In this document: piece by piece, positions 34,553 through 43,710 of the stretch
Layout of the letters: each line of letters opens with the position of its first letter
Position numbering within the stretch: position 1 is the first letter of the stretch
DNA from: Phycisphaerae bacterium
GTDB taxonomy: Bacteria; Planctomycetota; Phycisphaerae; SM23-33
Direction: 5' to 3'
NCBI GenBank assembly: GCA_009783465.1
Contig: WRDM01000008.1
Location: 2,943 to 66,942 of the forward strand
Length of the DNA: 64,000 nt
Position numbers and translations under genes: made by a program
Notes under the pieces: model-generated
What the model saw: the letters and a program-made list of their open reading frames with translations, nothing else
What the model was told of the DNA's origin: nothing
Databases searched by the model: none

Positions 34553-35623
34553 TTACTTCCGTCGCCGCAGCAGCGCCAGGCCGCCCAGGGCCAGCAGGCT
34601 CATCGTTGCCGGTTCGGGAATGGCGGAGACGTACAGTTCCATTTCGCTCATGGCGTTTCCGCCGGCGAATCGCACGCGGATCCACTTGGCCTCCACGCCG
34701 TCGCCCTCGTTCAGCCAGATGAACTGGGTGGACTGAGCCGCAGGATTGGCGTAGATGCTGGTCCACGCGTCGGCGTCATAGCCGTCGGTCAGCGCGCTGG
34801 CAATGGGCATCTCGTCGGCGGTGGAGACGTCGATATAGCAGCAGCCCCACCCGTCGAGGAAGCCCATGTTGATGCCCCACAATTCCTTGACCTCGCCCAG
34901 CGGCACGACGAACCAAGCCAATCCATCCGCCTGTCCTTCCGCCCCATACGCACGCACCCAGCCGTTTCGGCTGTTATTGAACGCGATGGTGGGATTTTCC
35001 GACACGAACGTCACCCCATTGTCACTGCCGGCATACGTGGGGCGGTTGACCGCGTTGACCATGATATTGAAGCCGTCCTTCTGGTCGTCAAACGTATTGT
35101 TGGCGGCGGCGAAGAGGTAGATGCTGTCCATGCGGATGTGATTGTCCACCGAACTGGGTTCCTGAACGATTTTCAGGTACTTGATGGCCGTGCCGTCGTC
35201 CCCGCCAGGCAGCATGAACACCCATTTGTCCTGGTGCGAGGTCATCTGCGAGGTTTCGTTCAGCACCAGCGGTGTCCAATCGTCATCCAGCCCCGTTGTC
35301 GAATAATAAATCGAGAACGAATCGGGGTGATAGTTCGTGTAGTACAACTCCAGTCTGGAGGCGTAGTACACGTCGTTCAGGGTGAACAGCATGTCCCACC
35401 GCGCGGTGTTGCCGTCGACCTGCTGGTTTTGCCGGCCGCCGTCGATCAGCACGTCGGTGCGACTGTTCTGCGCGCTCTCAACGGTCACCAACTGTTGACC
35501 GGTCGCGCGGTCGTAGTGGCGGAACAGGTCGATCTGGGTCTGATCCGCGTAGATCGCGCCCATCGCGGGCAGCGCCGCCGCGGCCAGCAGCATGCACGTC
35601 AGGATACGAAACACGTTGGTCAT
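34553..35623 (-). CDS. PEP-CTERM-anchored secreted protein
   Basis: Signal peptide present. C-terminal 'IPEPATMSLLALGGLALLRRRK'. Confidence 0.8.
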   Translation of the reverse strand: MTNVFRILTCMLLAAAALPAMGAIYADQTQIDLFRHYDRATGQQLVTVESAQNSRTDVLIDGGRQNQQVDGNTARWDMLFTLNDVYYASRLELYYTNYHPDSFSIYYSTTGLDDDWTPLVLNETSQMTSHQDKWVFMLPGGDDGTAIKYLKIVQEPSSVDNHIRMDSIYLFAAANNTFDDQKDGFNIMVNAVNRPTYAGSDNGVTFVSENPTIAFNNSRNGWVRAYGAEGQADGLAWFVVPLGEVKELWGINMGFLDGWGCCYIDVSTADEMPIASALTDGYDADAWTSIYANPAAQSTQFIWLNEGDGVEAKWIRVRFAGGNAMSEMELYVSAIPEPATMSLLALGGLALLRRRK

Positions 35624-35835
35624 GAGAGGCTCCTTCTCCGTTCAAAAGACTGGATCGAAAATGGCAACGGCCACGGCACACGACGCCGCGACACACATAC
35701 TTACCTATATAGTTGTATCACTAAATGGCAGGGCGTCAATCGGAAAACAGGTCCTTTGCATTCGCGCTTGTGATTTCGGTTTCTTTTTGGTACCGTTCTC
35801 GCACGCAACGATAACGCGATATGAAGGAACCGATC

Positions 35836-38598
35836 ATGCGAGCATTTCTGGTGACGGCGGTGGTGTTGACGGCGGTGGCGACGGGGTTGGTGATTGCGCA
35901 GGACGGTGGCGAGGCGGCGGCGCCGTTGAAGGGGGTTTTCCCGACGGCCACGGCGGCCCCGGCGGTGGCGCTCGACGGGGCGGCCACGATATTGCCCTGC
36001 TACGAACTGCCCGCCGACGCGGCGGCGGACGGCAACCTTGAAAAGTGGCGAGGCGTGCAGCCGGCGGTGTCGGCCCACTGGTTTAAACACAACGACTCCA
36101 ACGCGATCATGACGCCCAGCGACGACTTCTCGCCGGCGCTCTACGTCGGGCGGCCCAAGGGCACCAACGACCTCATGGTTCTCGTCGTCATCCAGGACCG
36201 CTGCGTATTCGGCGACGTCTCGTCCGGGTGGACCTTCGCCGACAACGTGGAGCTCTTCCTCGACTTCGGCAGGCAGGCGCGGCTGAAGGACAACCCCGGC
36301 GCGACCACGCAGCCGGACAAATACCAAAACCCGCCCGAGCACGCTCAAATCGGGCTGCTGCCGCGCACGCCGCTGGCCAAGGGCACCATGCTCCACTCCA
36401 AGCACTCCTCACGGCAGTGGAACGTGACCTACACCTCCACGCCTGTCTCCGGCGGAATCGCCTACGAGGTCAAGGTCGACGGCAAGGCCCTGCTGGAGTA
36501 CCTCAACAAGGCCCTCCTGGCGAGCATCAACAAGGACCTGGCGGAGGATGCCAAGGTCGAGGACCTGCCGGAGAACCTCACGATCGCCGCCCTGCCTGAG
36601 ATCATCGGCATCGACCTGGCGATCCTGGCTGTGGATTATCCGCTGCTGCTGGAGACCGGCGCGTGGAAGAACCATCGCGGGTATTTCCGCATTTTCGGCG
36701 ACCACACGGTGGTTGGATCGCCGGTTCGTCTGGGTGGGTTGAGCACCACGCCGCTTTCGCCCGAAGGCGACGCGCTGCCGGGCGTCACGCTGGCGTCGAA
36801 ATTCGGCAGCGACAAAGAAGAACTCGCCAAGCAGGTGAAGGATCTCAAGGAAACCCTGCACGAAAGGCCCTGGTCGGAATCGGGCGAGCTGATCTACTGG
36901 GCCTCCTGCAACGGCGTAGTGATCGACAAGGAAGCCTTGCTGCCGTTCACGGGCCTGGGCTGGGAGAGGGAGTTGACCATCGCCGAATGGGTGCGGGCGC
37001 AGGAGTTGGTCGCGCAGGCGATGCTTAATCCGGCCCAGGATGTGGACGCGCGTCGTGAAATGGTGGCGGCGATTCACGCGAATCTCGGCGACGACAAGCG
37101 GGCGCCCACGCATCGGGCCATCGTCACCGCCAACGTGATCGCCACCGAGTTGAAGTGCGGCGATCCCGTCGCCCTGGGGGCCATGCTTAACCACGAGGAC
37201 ATGACGGTCGTCGTGTCGGCCTCCAAGGCGCTGTCGGCGGTGGGCGAAAAGAAGCAGGCCAAGGACTTCCGCGCGATGTATGACGAGAAGGTGGCCGCCC
37301 TGGCCGCGAGCAAAAGACCCGACGACCGCGCGACGTTGCTGGCGATGCGCGTGTTCGTCATGCCGGAGCTGGAGTTGCTGGAGTACCGCGTCGATCCGCC
37401 GGCCGAGCCGAAGACGGCGCTGCGACGCGAGATTCAGCAGGCCAACACCGATCTGCCCCGCATGATGCCTCTGGACAACAATCACGTGTATAACGGCAAG
37501 CTGCTCCGCGAATGGCCCAAGGAAGGCCCGACGAAGCTGTGGGAGTTGAAAATCGGCAGCGGCGTGACGGCGGCGGTCGAGGTCGGCGGCAAGACGTTCG
37601 CGATGGGCGGTGAGGGCGAAGGCGAGGAGGCCGGCACGCACGGCTACTGCATCGACGCCGCCAGCGGCTCGGTGATCTGGAAGCAATTTTTGAACAAGGG
37701 CAGGCCTCACTGGGCGGCGGCAGGCCCCGTCGTCGACGGCGAGAATGTCTACTTCTTCACCGACGGCGGCGCGGTCGTCTGTCTCAAGGTCGAAAACGGC
37801 GAGGAAGTCTGGCGCGAGGACAAGGCCTACCGAGGCCCGTCGTTCTCCTGCCCGCTGATCGTCGGCAACATCCTCTATCTGCCGGGCAAGTCGCTGCTGG
37901 CGATCGACAAGGCCGACGGCAAGGTGCTCTGGACCGCGCCGGAAAAACCGGAAGAACGCCGCGACACCAGCCCGGCCTCGCTCGCCTACGGCGAGATCGA
38001 CGGCGTGGGCGTGATCGTGATGGGATTCGGCAACGGCGCCGACGCCGAAGTGATGGGCCTGTCCGCCGCCACCGGCGAGGTCTTCTTCCGCAAGGCGATC
38101 CAGATCGGCTTTGGCCTCTGCACGTCGCCGGTGATCGACGGCTCGCGGCTGTACGTCTCCAGCGGTCAGCCGGGGCAGGAATTTTTCGTCGCCTACCAGA
38201 TGTTCGTCAAGGACGGCAAGGTCAACGCGCTGCCGATGTTCAGCCGCAAGGACACCCAGTGCAACTACGCCAACACGCTGACGGTGTGGGACGGCGCGGT
38301 GTACGGCTTCAGCAACCATCAGCTCGAGTGCAGCGACGCGACGACCGGCGACCGGCTGTGGGCGACCCGCCCGCACGGCGTGCACAACGGCAGCCACCTG
38401 CTCCTGGCCGACGGGCTGCTGCTCATCCAGGCCAGCGCGGACATGGTGCTTGCCGAGGCGAACAAAACCGAATACCGCGAACTGGGCCGCTTCACCGTCC
38501 CCGTGCCGGTGGGCGAGCAGCAGCACACCCTCGCCAACGGCCGGCTGTACATCCGAGGCCGAGACACGCTCGTCGTGTACGACGTGGGGGCGAAGTAG
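35836..38598 (+). CDS. secreted multidomain protein with C-terminal PQQ-like beta-propeller
   Basis: SD AAGGAA upstream of the ATG at 35836. Signal peptide present. Repeated 'G..lW...' propeller blades ('GSVIWKQ', 'GEEVWRE', 'GKVLWTA', 'GDRLWAT'). Confidence 0.7.
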   Translation: MRAFLVTAVVLTAVATGLVIAQDGGEAAAPLKGVFPTATAAPAVALDGAATILPCYELPADAAADGNLEKWRGVQPAVSAHWFKHNDSNAIMTPSDDFSPALYVGRPKGTNDLMVLVVIQDRCVFGDVSSGWTFADNVELFLDFGRQARLKDNPGATTQPDKYQNPPEHAQIGLLPRTPLAKGTMLHSKHSSRQWNVTYTSTPVSGGIAYEVKVDGKALLEYLNKALLASINKDLAEDAKVEDLPENLTIAALPEIIGIDLAILAVDYPLLLETGAWKNHRGYFRIFGDHTVVGSPVRLGGLSTTPLSPEGDALPGVTLASKFGSDKEELAKQVKDLKETLHERPWSESGELIYWASCNGVVIDKEALLPFTGLGWERELTIAEWVRAQELVAQAMLNPAQDVDARREMVAAIHANLGDDKRAPTHRAIVTANVIATELKCGDPVALGAMLNHEDMTVVVSASKALSAVGEKKQAKDFRAMYDEKVAALAASKRPDDRATLLAMRVFVMPELELLEYRVDPPAEPKTALRREIQQANTDLPRMMPLDNNHVYNGKLLREWPKEGPTKLWELKIGSGVTAAVEVGGKTFAMGGEGEGEEAGTHGYCIDAASGSVIWKQFLNKGRPHWAAAGPVVDGENVYFFTDGGAVVCLKVENGEEVWREDKAYRGPSFSCPLIVGNILYLPGKSLLAIDKADGKVLWTAPEKPEERRDTSPASLAYGEIDGVGVIVMGFGNGADAEVMGLSAATGEVFFRKAIQIGFGLCTSPVIDGSRLYVSSGQPGQEFFVAYQMFVKDGKVNALPMFSRKDTQCNYANTLTVWDGAVYGFSNHQLECSDATTGDRLWATRPHGVHNGSHLLLADGLLLIQASADMVLAEANKTEYRELGRFTVPVPVGEQQHTLANGRLYIRGRDTLVVYDVGAK

Positions 38599-38631
38599 TC
38601 GGATTTTCGCGGCGTGTGGGTGAAGAGGAAT

Positions 38632-38764
38632 CGTTGGTTCGAGGGAACGGTTTTAGTTGACTGGTTAACTGGTTAACTGGTTAACTGGTGGCTTCGCGAA
38701 TGAATTAACTAGTTAACCAGTCAACCAGTTAACTAGTTACCATCATGATTCCCTCGAACCAACG
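38632..38764. repeat. HS-E hairpin with full TTCGAGGGAAC clamp
   Basis: CGTTGGTTCGAGGGAAC, then GACTGGTTAACTGGTTAACTGGTTAACTGG ... TTAACTAGTTAACCAGTCAACCAGTTAACTAGTTA, then TTCCCTCGAACCAACG. Confidence 0.85.
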
Positions 38765-38799
38765 GTCCGCTTTCACCGTCACGCAAAGGAGAACGCACA

Positions 38800-40206
38800 A
38801 TGTCCCTCGAAGTGAACGTCGTGATCGACAGCGGGCCTGGCGATTGGCAGATTGTTCAGCAGGTCGGCGGGGCGGCGGATATTCCGCTGGCCGGGCGATG
38901 GCAGACGGTGACGAGTGAGACGTGGGCGTCGCACATCGTGTTGGCCCGGCTGGTGAAGGAGGAGACCGGCGTGCTGCTGACGCCGTGGACGGCGATGAAA
39001 ACCGCCGCCGACGGCACGTGGCGTGGCGTGTTGCGCTGCGTGCCCGCGGGCGGGCTGTATCGGCTGGAGACGATGCTCGTGCCCAAACCGCACGTGCAGT
39101 GGGGGGCGATCGGGCAGGCCAGGCACCACCTCGGCGTGGGGGATCTGTGGATTATCGCCGGCCAGTCGAACTCCGCCGGTTACGGCCAGGGGCCTGTGTG
39201 GGACCCGCCCGAGAACGGCGTGCATCTGTTCAATAACGCGATGCGTTGGGGCCAGGCCTGCCATCCGCTCAACGAGTCGACGCACACCGCGCACGCGGCC
39301 AATCGCGAGTGGACCAACCCGATGCACTCGCCGTGGCTGCACTGGGCGCGGCGCGTGAAGCAGGAGATCGGTTGGCCGATCGGGCTGATTCAGACGTCGC
39401 TGGGCGGCTCGCCGCTGGTGAGCTGGAACCCCACCGAGCCGGGTGAGCACGCGTTGTTCGACGCCATGGTGCAGGCCGTTCGCGCCGCGGGCGGGGCGGC
39501 GCGAGGCATGCTGTGGTATCAAGGCTGTTCCGACGCCAACCCCGTCGCGGGTAAAACGTATTTGAAGCGGTTCACCAGCGCGGTGAAGGCCTGGCGGAAG
39601 GCGCTGAAGAATCCGCGGCTGTTTGTGCTGACCGTGCAGATCAATCGCGCCTACGCGCCGCCGTCCGCCGAGGGCGACCTCGGCTGGTCGACGGTTCGCG
39701 AAGCCCAGCGGCAGGCCGCCCGGACGATCGAACACTGCTGCGTGATCCCGACGATCGACCTGCCGCTCAGCGACGTCGTGCACAACTCGGCGCACGGCAA
39801 CCTGGTGATCGCCGAACGCTCCGCCCTGGCCGCCCTCGGCGCTGCCTACGGCAAACCGACCGCCTGGCAAGCGCCGGAAATCGCCTCCGCCCAGGTCAGC
39901 CGCGACGGCATGAGCGTCGCCCTCGCCTTCGACCACGTCACCAACGCCCTCTACCGCTGCGACGAACAAACCATCCCGTTCGCCGTCACCGACGCGCAAG
40001 GCCCCGTGCCGATCACCAAACTGGATATCACACCGCCGAACGTCGTGCAACTCACGCTGGGCCGAAAACTCCAAGCCCCCGCCACCCTCGACGGCGCGCC
40101 GGGCATCAACCCGCCCCGCGCCCTCCACGACTGGGGCCGCTTCCAGTCCATGCTCGCGTTCGCAAAATTCCCGATCGCGCCGGCGGCGAAGAAAAAACGT
40201 TCGTAG
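38800..40206 (+). CDS. sialate O-acetylesterase-like (DUF303/SGNH) protein
   Basis: SD AAAGGAGAA. 'DLWIIAGQSNSAGYG' and 'GLIQTSLGGSPL' are typical of the family. Confidence 0.75.
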   Translation: MSLEVNVVIDSGPGDWQIVQQVGGAADIPLAGRWQTVTSETWASHIVLARLVKEETGVLLTPWTAMKTAADGTWRGVLRCVPAGGLYRLETMLVPKPHVQWGAIGQARHHLGVGDLWIIAGQSNSAGYGQGPVWDPPENGVHLFNNAMRWGQACHPLNESTHTAHAANREWTNPMHSPWLHWARRVKQEIGWPIGLIQTSLGGSPLVSWNPTEPGEHALFDAMVQAVRAAGGAARGMLWYQGCSDANPVAGKTYLKRFTSAVKAWRKALKNPRLFVLTVQINRAYAPPSAEGDLGWSTVREAQRQAARTIEHCCVIPTIDLPLSDVVHNSAHGNLVIAERSALAALGAAYGKPTAWQAPEIASAQVSRDGMSVALAFDHVTNALYRCDEQTIPFAVTDAQGPVPITKLDITPPNVVQLTLGRKLQAPATLDGAPGINPPRALHDWGRFQSMLAFAKFPIAPAAKKKRS

Positions 40207-40275
40207 CCCGCAAGACGTCTCTGAGGCCAAGAGAACAGCCACCGCCGGGAGTGCGGGCGTGACCGGAGAAACCCG

Positions 40276-40616
40276 ATGAACGGATTGAATGTCACCCTGT
40301 TGGCTCACGGCGGGTTGGAAGGCCTGCTATATCTGTTCGCTATTCCCTCGATTTTTTTGCCGTCGTGGGGTTGATTTGTTCGTTCTTTCCACAAGGCAAA
40401 TCGTGGGCGCTCGGGATGGCCGCCCTGAGTTGCGGCATTCCCATGGTGTTCGCGTCGCAAAGGGGAATGGAGGCAATCTTCCTGGATTGGGACGTGTATT
40501 CATTGCTCCTGAAAGCCCCGTTTCTCCTCGGACTGATTACTGCCGGCCTGGTATATTACTGGCATCGGAAAGAGAAACCGCTACGACAGGAAACGGTGAA
40601 TGGCGAACGCGAGTGA
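40276..40616 (+). pseudogene. small multi-TM protein, paralogue of 40726..41121, interrupted at a T7 tract
   Basis: The ATG 40276 frame stops at about 40372. Homology to the paralogue continues in the frame of ORF 40365..40616. One extra T in T7 (40352-40358) would fuse the two frames. Confidence 0.4.
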
Positions 40617-40725
40617 CCTCCTTTCCCAACATGGTTTCGCGCAGTGGTGGAACGGCTACGCAAATTCTATGGCTGAATTGTCCGACAGGCTGGATTTTCC
40701 AAGCCCCGGCAGGGGCTAAGACAGG

Positions 40726-41121
40726 ATGAACCCGATGGACGGATTGAACATGGTCATGCTCGCTGACGCTCCCATGATTATGTCGTCCCAAGCGGCCATT
40801 CTCGCAGCGTTGATCTTTTTGGGGCCGATCCCGGTGGCCCTGGCGGGGCTGATTCTCGCGTTGAATCAACGAAAAAAGTGGGCGCTCGCGATGGTGACCG
40901 TCAGTTGCGGCACGATGCCGGTGTTCGCGTTGATAAAAGGCGAACTGCTGACGGTGTGCGGATTCATCTTCCTGGAGTGGGACGCGAAGGGCGATGACAT
41001 GGAGTGGATACTCCTGTTCTTTTTGAAATTGCCGTTTATACTTGGCGTGATAACCCTCGTCCGGGTGGGTGCCTTGTATTGGTATGAGAAAAACCAAAGG
41101 AGAAACGACGATGCCACGTAA
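40726..41121 (+). CDS. small multi-TM membrane protein
   Basis: 131-aa ORF with 3-4 hydrophobic segments. Nucleotide-level similarity to 40276.. ('CCCGATGxACGGATTGAA'). Confidence 0.5.
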   Translation: MNPMDGLNMVMLADAPMIMSSQAAILAALIFLGPIPVALAGLILALNQRKKWALAMVTVSCGTMPVFALIKGELLTVCGFIFLEWDAKGDDMEWILLFFLKLPFILGVITLVRVGALYWYEKNQRRNDDAT

Positions 41122-42544
41122 GATCGCGATGATTGGCGCCGGGTCGGTGATTTTCTGCAAGACGTTGATGAGTGACATCATGGCCACGCCGGCGTTGTCG
41201 GATTGTGAGTTTGCGTTGATGTCGCCGACGGAGGGCAAGCTTCGCCGCATGGAAGCGTTTGCCAAACGGATGATCAAGGATAACGGCCTGAAGGCGACGG
41301 TGTGGGCGACCACGGACCGTCGCGAGGCCATCCGCGGCGCGGACTTTGTCGTCGTGATGATCCAGGTCGGCGGGGTGGAGGCGTTTGGGATTGACTACGA
41401 AATCCCGATGAAATACGGCGTGGACCAGTGCATCGGCGACAGCCTCGGGCCTGGCGGCGTGTTCCGGGGCCTGCGGAGCGTGCCGGTGCTGTCGGCCATC
41501 GCCAGGGACATGGAAGAACTCGCCCGCCCCGGCGCGATCATGTTGCAGTACGCCAACCCGATGGCGGGCAACTGCCTCGCGCTGGGCAGGGTAACGAACG
41601 TGCCGTTCGTGGGCCTCTGCCACGGCGTGCAGACGACGCTCGATCTGATCGCCGGCTACTGCCGCGTGCCCAAGGATGAAATTTCGTACACCTGCGGCGG
41701 CATCAATCACATGGACTGGTTCCTGACGCTCCAGCACAAAGGCCGCGACTTGTACCCGATGCTTCGCGAGCTGTTCGAGATGCCCGAGTACTACAAGAAC
41801 GAAAAAGTTCGCGGCGAGGTGTTCCGCCAGTTTGGCTATTTCATGACCGAATCGACAGGCCATCTGAGCGAGTACGTGCCCTGGTTCCGCAAGAACAAAA
41901 AGGCGTTGGATCTGTACTGCGACGAGCCGGCCTTCGGCGGCGAGACGGGCGCCTACTATAATTACTGCAAGGCCCTGGCGGAGAAATACAAGCAGCACGA
42001 CCCGCTGGAGTTCGAGTCGACGACGATCGACACGCGGTCGTGCGAGTATTGTTCGTACATCCTGGAGGCCGTCGTGACGGGCAAGCCGTTCCGGCTGATG
42101 GGCAACGTTCGCAACGACGGGTACATCGCGAATCTGCCGGCGGGCTGCTGCGTGGAAGTGCCGGTGTTCGCCGACGACACGGGGCTGCATCCGACGTTCG
42201 TCGGGGCGTTGCCTGCCCAATGTGCGGCCTTGTGCCAGACGAATATCAACGTGCAGACACTCGGCGCGATCGCGGGCATCGAGGGCGACACGGAGGCGGT
42301 CGTTCACGCGGCGGCGCTGGATCCGCTGGCCTCGGCGGTGTGCACGCTGAAGGAGATCCGCCAGATGTGCTCCGAGATGCTCGAAGCCCAGCGGGCGTGG
42401 CTGCCGCAATTCGCCGGTAAAACGATTCGCTCGACGCCGACGATTTCGATTCCGCCCAATTGTCAGCCGGCCGAAGTCCCGACCGACCCGGCCCTGGCGA
42501 TCAGCAAACGCTTCGGCACGCTGATAACGCAGAAGACCGAATAG
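41111..42544 (+). CDS. glycoside hydrolase family 4 (alpha-gluco/galactosidase-type, NAD/Mn-dependent)
   Basis: 'KIAMIGAGSVIF' Rossmann motif, 'GDSLGPGGVFRGLR' and 'GLCHGV' are typical GH4. Confidence 0.85.
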   Translation: MPRKIAMIGAGSVIFCKTLMSDIMATPALSDCEFALMSPTEGKLRRMEAFAKRMIKDNGLKATVWATTDRREAIRGADFVVVMIQVGGVEAFGIDYEIPMKYGVDQCIGDSLGPGGVFRGLRSVPVLSAIARDMEELARPGAIMLQYANPMAGNCLALGRVTNVPFVGLCHGVQTTLDLIAGYCRVPKDEISYTCGGINHMDWFLTLQHKGRDLYPMLRELFEMPEYYKNEKVRGEVFRQFGYFMTESTGHLSEYVPWFRKNKKALDLYCDEPAFGGETGAYYNYCKALAEKYKQHDPLEFESTTIDTRSCEYCSYILEAVVTGKPFRLMGNVRNDGYIANLPAGCCVEVPVFADDTGLHPTFVGALPAQCAALCQTNINVQTLGAIAGIEGDTEAVVHAAALDPLASAVCTLKEIRQMCSEMLEAQRAWLPQFAGKTIRSTPTISIPPNCQPAEVPTDPALAISKRFGTLITQKTE

Positions 42545-42585
42545 GCACACGCGGCCGTGTGGGAATAAACGCCATTAGCGATAAC

Positions 42586-42711
42586 AGCCACAAGCCACTA
42601 GCCACAAGCCACCAGGTAAGGAATGACGACGGCGAAAACGAAATTTTTGTTTCGATTCGCGGCAGGTTTTCCATACCTTGTGGCTTGTGGCTAGTGGCTT
42701 GTGGCTAGTGG
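42586..42711. repeat. HS-B hairpin
   Basis: AGCCACAAGCCACTAGCCACAAGCCACCAGGTAAGG ... CCATACCTTGTGGCTTGTGGCTAGTGGCTTGTGGCTAGTGG. Confidence 0.85.
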
Positions 42712-42717
42712 AGAGTC

Positions 42718-43605
42718 ATGATGTTGTCCATGTTCGTGTTGTCGGTGTTCGAATGGAATCTGGACCCGGTGCTGGTGCAGTGGGGGTCGTTGACGATTCG
42801 GTATTATGGCGTGATGTTTTCGTTGACGTTGCTGGTGGGGTATTTTTTGTGGCGGTGGCAGGTGTTGCGCGGGGGGTATGGGATGAAGATTGCGGACGGT
42901 TTTTTGTTGTGGGGCGTGGTGGGCGTGGTGGTTGGCGCGAGGCTGGGGCATTGTTTGTTTTACGATCCGCACATTTATCTGCCGCATCCCGAGCGGATTA
43001 TCGAGGTCTGGCACGGCGGGCTTTCCAGTCATGGGGCGCTGGTGGGGCTGGCGCTGGTGTTGTGGCTGTTTTCGCGGCGGCACAAGTTGCGAACGCTGGA
43101 GGTGATGGATCGTTTTTCGTTCGCGGCGGCGGCGGGGGCGGTCGGGATTCGCGTGGCGAATTTTCTCAATTCCGAAATCATCGGCCGGGTCACCGACGTG
43201 CCGTGGGCGGTGGTGTTTCTTCATTCGGAAGATCAATCCCTTCGCACGGAACCGCGTCACCCGGCCCAGTTGTACGAAGGCCTGCTGGCGTTGTTCGTGT
43301 TGATGGTGTTGTGGCTGGTGGATCGCCGGGCCGGCAAGGAGAAGCGTCCGCTGGGCCTGCTGACGGGGTTGTTTTTCGCGTTGTATTTCGGCGGGCGGAT
43401 TGTTACGGAGTTTTTCAAGGAATACCAAACGGATTGGGAGGAGGCCATTCGCGTCAACGCGGGGCAGTTGCTGTCGATTCCGCCGTTCGTGGTGGGCGTG
43501 GCGATCTTGTGGTGGACGTGGCGCAAACGCATCCCCGGCGGACGGCTGGTGGAGCCGGAAATACCGTCGCCGCCAAAGCCGAAAAAAACGGCGAAAAAAC
43601 GGTAA
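42718..43605 (+). CDS. lgt: prolipoprotein diacylglyceryl transferase
   Basis: 'IRYYGVMF', 'WHGGLSSHGALVG' and 'HPAQLYEGL' are Lgt signatures. Confidence 0.85.
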   Translation: MMLSMFVLSVFEWNLDPVLVQWGSLTIRYYGVMFSLTLLVGYFLWRWQVLRGGYGMKIADGFLLWGVVGVVVGARLGHCLFYDPHIYLPHPERIIEVWHGGLSSHGALVGLALVLWLFSRRHKLRTLEVMDRFSFAAAAGAVGIRVANFLNSEIIGRVTDVPWAVVFLHSEDQSLRTEPRHPAQLYEGLLALFVLMVLWLVDRRAGKEKRPLGLLTGLFFALYFGGRIVTEFFKEYQTDWEEAIRVNAGQLLSIPPFVVGVAILWWTWRKRIPGGRLVEPEIPSPPKPKKTAKKR

Positions 43606-43651
43606 TTCCGCGGGGCAATCGCATGGGTTTGGATCGTGTTCCCGTTGTGGA

Positions 43652-43710
43652 CGCAGGCGGATGAATCATTAGGCCAAATCGTTCATAAGCCTGCGCCTAC
43701 AGCCTACAGC
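43652..43710. repeat. HS-C partial element (core plus right arm only)
   Basis: GCAGGCGGATGAATCATTAGGCCAAATCGTTCATAAGCCTGCGCCTACAGCCTACAGCC. No left heptad array. Confidence 0.6.

Noticed and set aside
36409-38526. 705-aa ORF on the - strand. The same applies to 38779..40308, 41036..42550 and 49559..51091, and to 1653..2750 and 31765..33117.
   Set aside because: All are antisense to ORFs with clear family motifs (PQQ propeller, esterase, GH4, coiled-coil protein, BatA/VWA, rnr). They are shadow ORFs of a high-GC genome.
40289-40729. 146-aa ORF overlapping the small membrane-protein paralogue region in another frame
   Set aside because: It has no paralogue support and an Arg/Gly-rich composition. 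The frames supported by paralogy are 40276.. and 40365..40616.
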